Shown here piece by piece: positions 13,501 to 26,154 of a stretch of 58,300 nt of DNA. The stretch comes from Catajapyx aquilonaris (taxonomy: Eukaryota), in contig KZ537977.1 in the NCBI GenBank assembly GCA_000934665.2, forward strand, positions 124,001 through 182,300, in the 5' to 3' direction. The position numbers and the translations under genes are program-made. The notes under the pieces were generated by a model. The model saw only the letters and a program-made list of their open reading frames with translations, ran no database searches and had not been told where the DNA came from. Each line of letters begins with the position of its first letter. The first letter of the stretch is position 1.

Positions 13501-15600
13501 AAAAGGTTGAGGCTGGACATTTCTAAGAATTAATAGTTTGAAGTGACATAGGAATGGGGTTTTGTTGGAGTAAGTGGAGGATAAAACTGGGTAATTATGT
13601 GCCATTTCCTCTGGTTTGAATTGTCCTGCATGTATGGGGGTGCATCCATTGCGAATAACTGGGATTGAAGAAATTCAGGAATGCAGTAGGTCTCCCCCAA
13701 AAGTTGAAATAATGATCGGTTCTGACAAAGCGCTAATTATTCGACGCACGAAAAATCTTCTGGAATTCGAAGAAAACCTGCTGTACAATGCTTTTGAAAA
13801 AAACAAACCCAAAAATGATGGTACTCATTAAAAACTCGACTCGGGCACAAATTTCTCTCCTAGTCGTCCGGCATCCTATAATTTCAACGACACCACACAT
13901 ATCCCAGCAGCAGGATAAAGGGCTTAAGGGCTCAATGGATCTCCCATCCCTGCGACTCATTTGTCACATTTGACCATTCGACTTGGGAAAATATGAGGCG
14001 GGGAATGCAGAAAGCGTTTGCTTAAAATCCGAAGAAAAACCATTCCCATTGGGTGGTCCGCTAATTTGCCTGGCTGGGAATTCGCTAAGGGTCCTCACTC
14101 TTTTTCTCGCCAAAGAGCTTCCGAGTTGCAAGCAAACGAGGGCAACACGGAGAAGAATCCGCCTTCTTGATTCTCTGGCCACCAAATAAATTATTTCGAC
14201 CGTGTGGTGCTGACCGGCTGCTATTATACGAGACCCTCTTGCCTCGAGAGAGTATGCGGTCCGACCACATGTGAAAAGGTGAGCAGTCAATGGTCACGAC
14301 CGCCCCGTGACCCCTGGTGATCTGGATGAACCCAGGATGGTAAACTCGTTTGACAAGAGCAGCATGCAGGAGCCCCTTTAGGCTGGAAACCGTATATACT
14401 GGGTCGGTATATAGTTGGGCGCGGTCTTTCAACTCATTATAAATATATATATATAAAAAAGCTTTGCTCTGATGATGGAGAAGGGTTGTCCTTCCGCATT
14501 TTAGTAACTTCATAAAGTAGGGCTGTGATTTTTTCTTCTTGAGAGTTAGACAAGATCTTCCTATGTCACTGGTTTATGCATGAAGACAGCTTAAAAGACC
14601 AAAAATATGTACCGGTGACCCTTCACCTCTTCCTGTGGGAAAGAGCTGGCAGACACAGGTGTTTCAGTTCACGGAGACTTATGATGCCATCGGTGTTGTC
14701 CCCTAGGTATGAACCGGTTCTCCCTGACCGAACGGGACGCCTTGAGTTAAAACCGAGGAAGGAAGACGAATCCAATTGTGATTGTCTCGCTCGATTTTAT
14801 TGCAGGGGTCCCTCGATCCCCACCGGCGTCAACGAATTGTCCAGGTGTTGACAGTTCACGTCTTCCTCGCCAATTAGACTCAACCCCTGAAAGAAGGAAG
14901 CACTCAGAGGTCAATTTCCTCATTTATTTGTTCTACCCACTACGAAAGACCTTAAGGTTTTGCTGGAATCTCTAAGGGGGGAAAAAGAAGACACACGAAA
15001 GGGAAGGGCTTGAGTAATTGGTGTACGATGGTCCTGGATCTTCCCTCGTTATCTGCCGGACAGACATGAGACACACACCATACAGGTGTGGTTTTTGGTG
15101 GTTCCTCAAAGCACGTCCTTGTTCTCCTATTTTTTTTGTAGTGTTTGTGTTCAACCTACCCACCGAACCATAGTTCGTCAATGTTTGCTGGCCCATGTTT
15201 CTTTCCTGACAACATTGAGTGAGTAGGACGGCCTGACTTGCGACACGGAGATGTCTTGTTTTTCTTCGCGGTTTGTGATGCAGCGCACTCAGGATTCCTG
15301 TTCCAAAGTAGATTCGCTTGTTTTCAACCCAGATCCCGTACACGGTACATCAGCTTGCAGCGTGTGAAGCTCGCAATTCACACGGTTCCATAAGGCACCT
15401 GAGTTGCAACCCGCTGATGTATGGACCCATTTGCGAACACCATGTTTGCAGGACTCGTAACTCTCACTTATCCATCACCTCACTCAACCTGGCCATGTTT
15501 AGGTTCCACATTGTGAGTTTGTCTCTATTCCAATGCGGGCAATGTGCATTAGTTCATCTGATGAAAAATGTATTTACTGTGTTTTTCACCCCCCCCCCCC

Positions 15601-15623
15601 NNNNNNNNNNNNNNNNNNNNNNN
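15601..15623. other. Assembly gap (N run) between poly-C and poly-A tracts
   Basis: 23 Ns; a single N also sits in a poly-C run at 701. True gap length unknown. Confidence 0.95.
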
Positions 15624-17819
15624 AAAAAAAAAACACAACGTTACATAATTTTCAAATAACTCCATGTCCATGGGCCTGTATCACAATTTGCAGCAGGACA
15701 GTCTACAAAAATGGTAGCCGACTTTATTACCATTTTTTTGTGTCTAAAGGTGCCTGCAGAGCACTTGATATGTCCGCACAGTTGGACGTTACACGGTGCG
15801 GTGTCACTTTAATATTGTTTGTATTATTTTACGACCAGCACAAAGTACACAGACACCACACCCCACAAATTATCGAAGAGCACGTCTCGCCTTGGGGTCC
15901 GTTTTCTTTTGTATAAGGAGACATTTTTTCCCAAGCAATATTATCTCTCTCCCGTTCTCTTTTTCCAGGGGGCATATTTACATAACCAGTAGGAAAGGCA
16001 TCATTTCTCGGGGTTTACATGGCTTGGAAGGGCCCGTGGGGGCCAAGAAATACATGCGCTGGGGTATTTTTCTGGATTAATTTGACGCCTGTGAGTTACG
16101 ATTACCGGAGGATACAAATAAGAGGCTAATTAATACCCGGAAGGTGGCCGTTGCAGGTGAAGTCGTAAATCGACGTTCTAAACACCTGAAACTTATTATT
16201 TGGGGCTGTGCTGAAAAACACCGTTTGTCTGGACTTGCAAAAAAAAAAGAACGAAAGAAAGGTCAAGATCTGCATAATTTTCTAGTCGCCCTGTGCATAG
16301 GAAGCGCCTTCAAAAAATTGTCTGTGATTTGATCTCAACCTGCTACGTCCAATAAGCGTGTAATCCGGTTATGTTCGCAATATTATCACAGTAATCGCGT
16401 CGACAATAGGGCAATCTTTTTGCCCCATAATTGCTGGGATAAAACAATCCGATTATGCAGTGAGTAAATAATGGGTAAGAAGCTGCAACCGTGGGAGCAA
16501 CCATATTTGTGCAAAAAAAAAAACGCGCAATTTTTGAACTCTCCGGAAGTAAATTGCCGACAAACGACTTAAAGAGCGCGCATTTTAAAGGGTTAAAACG
16601 TAGTGTATATCTAAGGATCAGTCATGGTCCGTTGAGTTTCCAAACTATTTTTTTGGAGGTTCATACTTTCCAAGGCCGGTGGATCCGATGCGATAGATAT
16701 GCCATTGATGTGAAAAATGGAGAAATATAAAACTGGTACTGCATGCATGGCAATGCAGTTATTCACGATACGTTACGGTTGATCGCCAACCTAACCGAGA
16801 TGCCTAAGGCGTCAAATCTTGTTTGATTACACTATCAAAAAAATTAAAGCTTTTTTTTACCGATTGCGTAACGAAACGTGCGCCATTTTTTTCGGTTCTA
16901 AGAAAAAACTTGACGCTCGATTTTTAAAATATCAATGGGACTTTTGTGTATGGTAGAAGACAAAACAAATGTCCCGGAATTTTTGTCGGCGTAAAAGCTA
17001 ATGAGCAAACCGGTTGCTTTTGGAGGTTTTGTCCGTGGCCAAAATAAGTGCCTTGGGTAATATCCGGTGCAAGTAGCGTTACAAAGCCAGGAATGTGGAC
17101 GTGGATTCCGCGTTGTTATTAAAAAGAGGGGACTGGAACCGTGAAAGATGAGGATGTTGTCTAGTAATAAAGCCACAGTTTTTTTTGTAACTTATGGAAG
17201 TGTGATAATGCCAGTGTTCGTTAATGAAATGCTTGGAGATCACCTTTCGTGAGTGAGTCTGCTCTGGTTGTCTCGGCATTAATTTTATGCCCACATTTAA
17301 AAAAAAATAACAGAGGCAATACACCTGAGAGTGCAAGGTCGAGACAAATTTGCACATGTTGTTGGAACCAAGCACGCGGAAAGATTGTAGCACGCAAAGT
17401 TTCATTCAGGCAAAACGCTTCATTCTTAGCCCGAGCAGTCGGATGGGTTTTGGCAACTTTTTATGTTGCTAATTTAATTATTGATGCTGAAAGTGAACGT
17501 AAAACGCTGCGGAAAAAATACGGTATCATTTTTTGCACGTTTCGTAAACAAACCGGTGTTATTGCTTGAACTATTTGAAGTGGTCGCGTGGGATAACAGA
17601 AGAATACCACGCAACATGCAACATGCAAAGGAAGAACCTTATTAAAGAAATAATTATGCAATATTGACCACGTATTAATTATTCGCGCACAATTGGAGTA
17701 TAGCAATTGTTTCAAGAGAGCAAAAGTACATTTTTTGACAAACAATGTCAGAGGTCGAATATTAAATTCTTCGTCCATGTGCAAAGTTTGTGCTCCAGAC
17801 TTTCTATCTGGAGTACTCA

Positions 17820-18060
17820 ATTTTTAATTACTGACTTTAGCCATGTTTGCACTCCATGGCTCACTTTGGAGTGCAAATTACACATTTGCATCCGAATATT
17901 TCCACCCCTGCCATGTACAGTATACCATTGTCTGGACCGAAACTCACTATTTATGAGGCATCCTATGGGAGAAAACCTTGACCAAGGTTGCCTGCGCCGG
18001 GCATCGAACCCTATACCTCTCGAATTCGCAGGCAGCTCGCCGCCTACTGCACATTTCCAG
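17820..18060 (-). mobile_element. Degenerate tRNA-derived SINE
   Basis: Minus strand reads TGTGCAGTAGG (A-box-like), then GGTTCGATGCC (B-box, 18010-18000), then AACCTTGGTCAAGG resembling the ACCTTGGGCAAG motif that follows the tRNA head in many animal SINEs; ends in an A-rich stretch near 17820. Boundaries approximate. Confidence 0.5.
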
Positions 18061-20604
18061 AACAAGCATAAATAATGGTCGCCACCTTCTTCGGGGTGCG
18101 GAGCAACTTCTTTCCCTTCCTTTAACCTCCGATCGTTGTTTCGCACATTGCTGGGGCATGAAATACAACCCTGAAGGCATCCCGGGCAGAAACAAGCTGA
18201 GGGGGTTTGAGCCCAGGTGGGATGAGACAAAATGTCGCGATTTATAAGCAAGGCCTGGGTCTACCTTGCTTCCGATCATCAGGAGGGACTGGGAATCAGT
18301 GTAAGTTCTCCACATTCCTTCATTATCCAAATGGGGAGCCCGTGTCATTGGCCGTCGCCGAACAGGTTCCATGGCATTATTCCCGAGTGGGAACAAGTCA
18401 GTCCTTGCCCTGAGACCCAGAAGCCATTAAAGATGCAACTTTGCTCGCACTAGGACGCTTACGTCACGACAAAGACTGCCAGGTGCGAATCCTCCACCAC
18501 CACTCCTTCCAATTTCTCCAAAGACTTTCACCTTGCTTCTCGTCTTACCGGTGTAGGATATGCCCATTTCTGCCGATAACCCATCGAATATGATACCTGA
18601 ATGATGCATGCAAACCACATGCATGGTCGTCGCAGGGGGTCGTGTACACTGTTTGGACTGGAAAGAGAGGAAGCAATTTGTGCAGAAGGAAGCCATGCTT
18701 CATCGGTAGGAACACCGGCCAGATGGAACTCGGATAAAAAGAGATGCCTGTAGCCTGTACCTGCTGGTGTCCCCCCCATTGTCCTTCCCCCAGCCCTTTG
18801 ACCTCTCCGATGTTAAATCCAAATCCCTGCATGCACTGGATGGACACAGGCCAGCACCGGCCGGACACTGGTTTTCCCACGTATTGCTGTCCCTTTTTTG
18901 GTCAGGTTTTGCAGGTTTTCGGGGGCAGCAGTAGTTATGCACTTTTTTTTGTGCTCTCTGCAAGTTTTCGGTGAGCAATAAATCGTAGGACGGTTCTATA
19001 GTGTATGTCTGAGGGCGTCTCCTCGGCAGCACTCCAGTTTCCTGAACGGCCCCCATTGTAAACAGCAACAGTTTGTTGTCGCTGACTTTTGTCGTAAGTG
19101 ATTTCCTTTGTAGGGGTCTCCCCCTAGCGACGTGACAACCTGCTGACCTTGGCTGGCATTTGATGGCATCCACTCTCTTCCCCCTTGGGAAGCGTGCTGC
19201 CAGAGGCGGCCACACCAGCCCCCGATAGAGATGATCAATAGAAAGGAAGTGGTCCTCTGACACACCTGTGCAAAGATGGAAGGAGCTGAGGTCAATAGGG
19301 TCGAGCCAGGGTCCGCCCACGGGCTAACTAGTTTGTTGACAAAAAAAAGGTCGCCCTCAACTGTCACCGCAAATCAAGACATTCCAGCACGGATGTATAC
19401 ATGTCACCTATACACTGACCAGCAGCGAAACTACATTTGACCAGGAAAAAAAATAATCATATACTTTACACCCGGTTTTTTTACGAGATCTGTGGACAGG
19501 GATTCCACATATTCTTAATTGATCTCCGACGTGTTTACTGCCTCGAGAAATTAATGATTCAAGTAAAAGCCCCACCGTCGGTGAAAATCTAGCCAAATTA
19601 AACAGTTTTGATGTCCTTTCATCCTAGATAACATTATCAAGATTGGTCGTCACGCAGGGTTTTCGTGAGATGCATTTACTTGGCCGCCATTTTGTCCCCT
19701 TGTGTTAACAACATGGACGTATCGGGACAGGCGGCAGGGTTTACATCTAGACCACTTTCAGCAGGTCTTGTACCAGAGCAAATCATGGCTCCAGTCCGCT
19801 ATACATCAGGACTCGCATGTATAATACATGAGGGCGGGCAAAAGCGGTGTCTCTTTTTCGGACTTTTTTGCATGAAATTCCCAGGGCTTCAGGGGAGGGC
19901 TACTGGCCCGTGTTTGTTTACGGGGACTAAAATTTCTGAATCTGAAACCGCCATCTTTTTTTGAGGGTTGCACTCTTGGCCCTCACCTGATTTATGGCTT
20001 ACCAAATCATGCGCGAGTCGCCGAATGCGTGCTGGACCCGAGGAAATCAGATGGACATGACTTTCAAATTAGCCGGCCGTGATTTATCGCCAGGGAGAAG
20101 ACATCACTTTGGAACAACTTACTATAGTGTGTCGAAGATGGGGGGCACTGCTGGACCCTGGAGCCATAAGGCCCGTTTGCACCTAATCTGATGAATGTCG
20201 TTTAGATCTTCTTACGTAATATAGCAGAAAGTTTGTCTGCATGTCTGGGCTACCTAACTCACTTTCATGGTACTGAGAGGCTGACTGGCTTACGTGCGAA
20301 TCACAGAGAGAACAAACCGTACTTTTTTTATATAGTTATGTATATGTAACATTATCCTTTCACTATTGGCATGACACCAGCTTCAAGCTATGCCATGACG
20401 CATCCCCGGGTCACCTGAATGATCTGACCTTGCAATTATAAACATACAATGGGCGCGGTGTAAGGTCGGTGCAATCGCCATGGACTTGGCCGTGGCTTTT
20501 TCTCTTCCTGGAAGAAGGGTTTTGCAGGTGGGTGGGGTGGGTGCCCCGAGGGGGGTCAGGGTGTGGCGGGCACAGCAGGCAGGCAAGGCAACATACATGT
20601 ACAG

Positions 20605-20628
20605 ACACACACACACACACACACACAC
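20605..20628. repeat. (AC)12 microsatellite
   Basis: Direct reading of the sequence. Confidence 0.9.
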
Positions 20629-20903
20629 GAGAAACGAGCCGCCTCTGCTGCGGCAAAGGGTCACAGCCTTCACCCTAGGCTCCTCTCATGGCCTGGCCTG
20701 CCCCTGCCACGCAGTCACTCAAGTTAGTAGGTAGGGGCAGCCTCCAACCGGTCATGCCTTGCCCAGGGCGGTGGCTCTTTTTTGTAACACCCTATCCCCA
20801 CCCAAGCCACCACCCAGAACAAACGGATCCATAAAATAAAGCTCGAATTGTTGTTGAATATTTTGCCATCAAATCAACACTGATTGATTTTCTTTCTTTC
20901 CAG

Positions 20904-21113
20904 ACTTTCCGCCTCCAGTCGATCGACGGGGCTGCTCTTCCGTTGTTGACTGAGGATCATCTGATCAACAATATGAACATGAAGTTGGGTCCGGCCCTGA
21001 AGTTCCGGTCCGTTTTGGCTAAGCGGATCGGACACTGCGCTGTCTGCATGCATTGCGTCCATTGCCACGGGGCTGGTGCTCCGGAAAAGAGGCCATCCTC
21101 GGTGGGCAACTGA
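20904..21113 (+). CDS. Terminal coding exon of a SAM-domain protein (Samuel/SAMD7/SAMD11-like): C-terminal half of the SAM domain plus a Cys/His tail
   Basis: Strong acceptor TTTTCTTTCTTTCCAG ending 20903; manual translation TFRLQSIDGAALPLLTEDHLINNMNMKLGPALKFRSVLAKRIGHCAVCMHCVHCHGAGAPEKRPSSVGN*. FR-x2-IDG-x2-LPLLTE-x-HL...MKLGPALK is the Ph/Scm-class SAM signature, and LPLLTE is typical of SAMD7/SAMD11/Samuel. Not in the ORF track. Upstream exon not found in the window. Confidence 0.85.
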   Translation, partial: TFRLQSIDGAALPLLTEDHLINNMNMKLGPALKFRSVLAKRIGHCAVCMHCVHCHGAGAPEKRPSSVGN

Positions 21114-21661
21114 GCTGGTGTCGTTGAACCCCACCCCGTATAAAAAGGAGAACATTGAAGAAGAAGGAGAAGCCTGACCGGTGTCCATCGGCATGCGACT
21201 GGATCCATGTAAATGACACTGTTTCCAGTCTGCAACAGTTCATTCCTATGCACATGGCGGAAAAACTGGTGGAAAAAAAACAAAGGCGACATTAATATTC
21301 TCAGTGCAAGTGAGCATGTTGTCGCAAACACATCCCTCAGGTTTGCCCGTAGTTCTTGAGGAAGAAACAGCTCAAGGGCAGTCTTCCATCCACACACACA
21401 CATAAAAAAAAGTCAGGCCTTTTCTCTTTATTATACCAAGTGCCTTGTATGCATCTTCTCCTATCCAAATCATCTTGTTTGCACCCAAGAAGCCAGCAGC
21501 CAGCAAGATGTCGGCTGCTTCAAAACCTGATGGCCGCTCTCCGAAAACCACCAAGTTTCCTTTCCACCCCCAACCGTTCCCCATCTCTTCTTCCTCTTCT
21601 CAAGTGTGGCAATTTGGAAACACACATGACGGCTTGACAGGGTATATTATCCCAGCAGAAT

Positions 21662-21667
21662 AATAAA
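21662..21667 (+). promoter_or_regulatory. Candidate polyadenylation signal of the SAM gene
   Basis: AATAAA about 550 nt after the stop; another at about 22689. Confidence 0.3.
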
Positions 21668-22778
21668 TGCATGTGGTCGGAGCCAAGATTGGTCACGTGG
21701 AGCATTGGAAGAAGTTGTTGCGAGGTTGCCGGACATAAGATGAACGAGGCTTGTGATTGATGTCTTAAGAAGTGACACGCTCTATGATTTTGTTGCGCCC
21801 CCTTTTTTTTTTTTTGCAAAATATATTTTTTGGACTAGCCTGGGGTGGCTAGATTAAAGAGAGGCTTTTTATCGTTTTTTTAAACATATTTATACAGAAT
21901 AGTGCGATGGGGAATGGTGTAGAGGCTATGGCAACAGGGCCTGTCTAATCCAAGCACGATTCGTATAAATTTTTCGACTTTTTATTAAATTTTTCGGATT
22001 CGTCGATTCTAATGCGGACCAGTTTTTTTTTTTTACTTTTCAATTAACAGCCCAATCGGTGCACCAAAGAGAATTTTTTTAAACTAGAAGGCGTCACCAA
22101 ATGTGGCAGGTTGTAATTAACATAACTTTTTTTTAAAAAACTCAGCCTTCTTTTTCCTCCCAAACTGAAAAATGTCGGCGCGAAAATTGAATCCCTGAAG
22201 CTGCTTGTAAATAACAGTACAATCACCCTGTACTTTGTATGAAAACGTTATTTATTTTGTATAGTGTTGGACCGTATTTTTTTCTTGTCGGAATGTGGGA
22301 ATGATGGGAAACTATAATTTTTACTGCGTTGTAAGATAATACTGAATTAATAGTATTTTCATATATCCCCCCCCTGATTGTATATTTCCAATGGAACTTT
22401 TGGAGGCACTGATTCCCCCCTTGGTATTAGTGGAGAATTAATTAATAGTGGTGTATAATGTAACATTTTTTTGCTGCTTGGCTGGTTATTAAGCCTTACT
22501 TTTTTTTCCTTATTTTTTGGGAGGTCCGCTCCTACAAGAGTGTTGTGTGTCCGGCTCTTATCACGTCGCCATTTTGGGAAACCTCCAAATCCGTGATGTG
22601 TCAACAAATTATTATTATTTTTTTGGTCCTCTCCAACTAAGTATTTTGAACATCAGTACAAAAATACAGAGCCTTGAAATCTGCATAGAAATAAAAACGT
22701 GGAAAAAAAAATACACTGCGTTTTAATAGAATTTCATTTCAGGCGTTTATCACATGTAAACGCGGCATTTGGATCACA

Positions 22779-22923
22779 CAGGGTGTTCCAGATTCGCGGA
22801 TCACTTTTTGATAACTGATATCGCCCGATAACAGTTATTTTTTGTAGCTTCACAAGCTACATAAAATAACTGCTATCGGGCGATATCAGTTATCAAAAAG
22901 TGACCCTCGAATCTGGAACACTG
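22779..22923. mobile_element. Foldback MITE-like element, near-perfect 145-bp palindrome
   Basis: Left arm CAGGGTGTTCCAGATTCG...TTGTAGCTT, 3-nt loop CAC, right arm AAGCTACA...CGAATCTGGAACACTG, with few mismatches over about 70 bp. CAG(GG)TGTTCC ends and a TA on the right flank resemble Tc1/mariner-type MITEs. Confidence 0.75.
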
Positions 22924-23670
22924 TATATTTAATTAACAGTTACTCACAATTGGCATCATCAATGAGTGTATAGCTGTATTATAAGTGTAAATTAATAATA
23001 CAAAATAATTAATGTCCACATACAGTATATAAGAGACAGTTTGTTGGTTTGTTTGTCCAAGTTCGCCGTGGCAAAAGGTTTCCACGGAAACGTGTTGCCA
23101 TGGAAAAGGGCGGTGTATAATAGTAGTATAAATGTAGCTGTTATACTCTTTTGAGTGGGATAACAATAGGTCGTCAATCGTCATGATGACAATAATATTA
23201 ATACTTGGATAGTAATTTTGAACGAAGCGCGCATTTTTTGACAAGTAGATGTCGCCACATCCTAAGACGAATCCAGTGCCATCTGACGGATTATTCCAAA
23301 ATCACAAAATAGATCAGTCATGTAGGATGAGTTTAAACGCTATGTATGACTAAGCTTCTCTTTATGCGTCACACATGGCAAATGGCGAGTAGCAGCGAGT
23401 GTGACATCAGAATCGCAGCTACATTTCCCGGACCAGAATCGCGGCGATCGTTGCGCGACTTAAGATGGCCGCCCTACGTCGTAGTGTTCGAATGTGACGT
23501 TTTGTCTTCGGCACAATTTCCGTGGCCAGAGAGTGATCTGCGGGCCGTTCCGATAAGGCTGACCAGTGCCCGGCATCACCCTGCGGCTGTCCAGCTACTT
23601 GTTGCGGCCTCTTTGGGCTCGGGCAGGGTACGGATCAGCGTCGGAGCCTTACAGCCTCGGGTCGAACGGT

Positions 23671-24036
23671 ATGTCTCTTCGCCTGGCAGCCGAGCGGGCG
23701 GTCCAGCATGGTCGCTTCCTGCTCCGACTGCTCTACCGGAGACCAGGGGACACTCTCAGCGTGGCCTCCCATCCGCCCACGGCCCGCCTCCTCCTTGGGC
23801 CACCAGCACCAGCCAGGCCCCCCAGCGCATTGGGTCAGGTCAGGCGACTCTTGGTAGACAACCTTCTCAGGAGGGTCACCAACTCGTTCGCGGCACAGCT
23901 CAGGAGGAAGGCGGCCAAGCAGCTGCTCTTTGGAAACCCTACCCCTTTCTTTGCGCTGGTTGGGGTCAGCCTGGCCTCTGGAACGGGGATCATCACCAAG
24001 GAAGAGGAGATGGAAGGCATCTGCTGGGAAATTAGG
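23671..24036 (+). CDS. PINK1: PINK1 exon 1 (mitochondrial targeting sequence and TM segment)
   Basis: ATG at 23671: MSLRLAAERAVQHGRFLLRLL...RRVTNSFAAQLRRKAAKQLLFGNPTPFFALVGVSLASGTGIITKEEEMEGICWEIR. Arg-rich N-terminus and the arthropod PINK1 motif PFFALVGVSLASG...CWEIR; phase-0 GT donor at 24037. Confidence 0.93.
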
Positions 24037-24743
24037 GTCGGTATGGTAGGGCAGCGTGCATGCGCAAAGCCTTCAAGTCACATTGACATGCTGCAGTTAC
24101 GTAGATTCTATTAGCAATGGCCATTGCACCAGAGTAGACTTTAAAGGTATCATGGTTCATCTCTGAGAAGTATTTTGTCATTGTCTTTTGAAATGACCAC
24201 ATGCATCGAGATAGTAATTGACTGATTTTGCATGATTCTTGACTGATAAAAGGTATGATGGATTCCAGGTGATTCCATGAATAAGTGTTGTTTACTTCAT
24301 GTCATTGACATGTGAGGCATTATCAGTGGCTAACACGATAACGGGCCAGCTGAAGAGGTGGAGCTTGGATAGTTCAGGTGGTTCAGCCGTACTAAGGCGC
24401 CTTACTGCTGTAAATGAAAGTAAATATGTAAAAATCATACAAAAAACAAGTCAAATTTGTACTTGTCTATGAAGTGGTTGCAAGTAGAGTCCCATTGTGG
24501 CTAGTTTTATACTGGCAGGCCTGTTTCTAATGCTTATCCTCCTGAGACCCAAGAAAAACTGGGTGACAAAATGTCAGTTCCAGTTACATTTTCTGAACGT
24601 TTTGTCGGGATAAGCATGCTTGTTCCATTTTGATAATCTCCAGAAAATTTGAAAAATGTTTCAGCGTTAATTTGGCCCTATACACTCATGCAGTAAGTTT
24701 TGTAGGCACAATGCTTATTACAGTATTTTTGCACAATTTTCAG

Positions 24744-25817
24744 GATGCAGTGTCCAAACTTCCTTGGGTCCCAAAAGAGCAAGATGAGCCCGTGCTGGAG
24801 ACTGGAGAAAAGACCATCAGCCTGGATGACCTGGAAATTGGTCAGCCCATTGCCAAGGGGTGCAATGCAGTTGTGTATGCTGGGCGCTGGAAGCAAGCGA
24901 CTTCTGAAGAACCTCAAGTGGTTGAGACCGCAACTGAGCCTCAACATAACAAGACTGAATCTGATGAATATCCACTGGCAGTTAAGATGATGTTCAACTA
25001 CAGCGTGGAATCTAATGCACTGTCCATCTTACGTGCAATGCACCATGAGACTGTTCCTGCTCAAGCTACTGCTGTGAGGCAGCTGGAGTCGTGGGAAGCT
25101 AGTTTTCATGATCGCAGCCGGTACTTACCTCCACATCCTAATATTGTGGACATGAGATGCGTGTTTGCTGATGCTGTGCCTCAGTTGCCTGAATCTATGA
25201 TGCTCTACCCTGAGGCACTTCCTTACCGCTTGAATCCAGCTGGTTTTGGGCACAACATGAGCCTGTTTCTTGTGATGCGGAGGTACCACTCCTCGCTCCA
25301 GACCTACGTGGAGCAAGAAAGGTCGGTACGAACTGGCATCCTGATCCTGACGCAACTGCTTGAAGGTGTGTCACATATGGTTCGAAATGAGGTTGCACAT
25401 CGTGACCTCAAAGCCGACAACATCTTGATAGATGTTGAATTGGGTGACGACTCACCGCAGGTGGCAATAGCTGACTTTGGGTGCTGTCTTTCTGACCGTG
25501 TACATGGCTTGAGGCTTCCATATCACAGCCCTGAGACTGAGAAGGGTGGGAATCCAGCATTGATGGCCCCAGAGGTTGCAACAGCAATGCCAGGTCCATT
25601 CACCACCATTGATTACACTAAGGCAGATGCCTGGACTGTTGGAGCTGTTAGTTACCAGATCATGGGGGCCCAGAACCCATTCTACCTGGGGACTGGAGAG
25701 GGTCAGAGGCTGGACAGCAGGACATACAATGAGGACGAGCTGCCGGAGTTGCCAGAGCATGTGCCTGACGTCATCAAGGATGTTATATATGGGTTGCTCG
25801 AACGTAGCCCATCACAG
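24744..25817 (+). CDS. PINK1: PINK1 exon 2 (Ser/Thr kinase domain)
   Basis: Acceptor AATTTTCAG ending 24743, in frame (WEIR|DAVSK). Motifs GQPIAKGCNAVVY, LAVKMMFNY, LPPHPNIV, HRDLKADN, DFGCCL, GGNPALMAPE; donor CAG|GTAAGA at 25818. Confidence 0.97.
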
Positions 25818-26154
25818 GTAAGAGATACATAGGTAACTTACAGTTAGATCAGAGTGGACTTCAGTAGTACTACCACACAAACAGACAATTTTGGGAGTGT
25901 TTCCCTAATTGTAGCTCACAATGGGACATTTTTAGCCCTCCAATTGAAATTATATTCAATTAACCTAATTTTTTCAAAGCCATTTTTATTGGCCCATTTG
26001 TGTAAGTTGATTAATCAGTGATCTGCTAAGAGTGCTCAGGGGCCACATTAACATTTGTGCCAACACGTAGACTACTTAGACCTTAAAGTATGGGGTGGAG
26101 GGCCGTGGCACTTTTTATTGCAAAAGTTTGCAAGTGATATACAGAAGAGTGCTA

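Noticed and set aside
18794..18905. Acceptor-like site followed by PFDLS (CtBP-motif-like) reading
   Set aside because: No good donor and no further similarity; likely chance.
23566..23670. N-terminal extension of PINK1 from the GTG at 23566 shown in the ORF track
   Set aside because: Non-ATG start; the ATG at 23671 begins a typical mitochondrial presequence.
24630..24743. First 38 codons of the 400-aa ORF
   Set aside because: Intronic read-through upstream of the acceptor ending at 24743.
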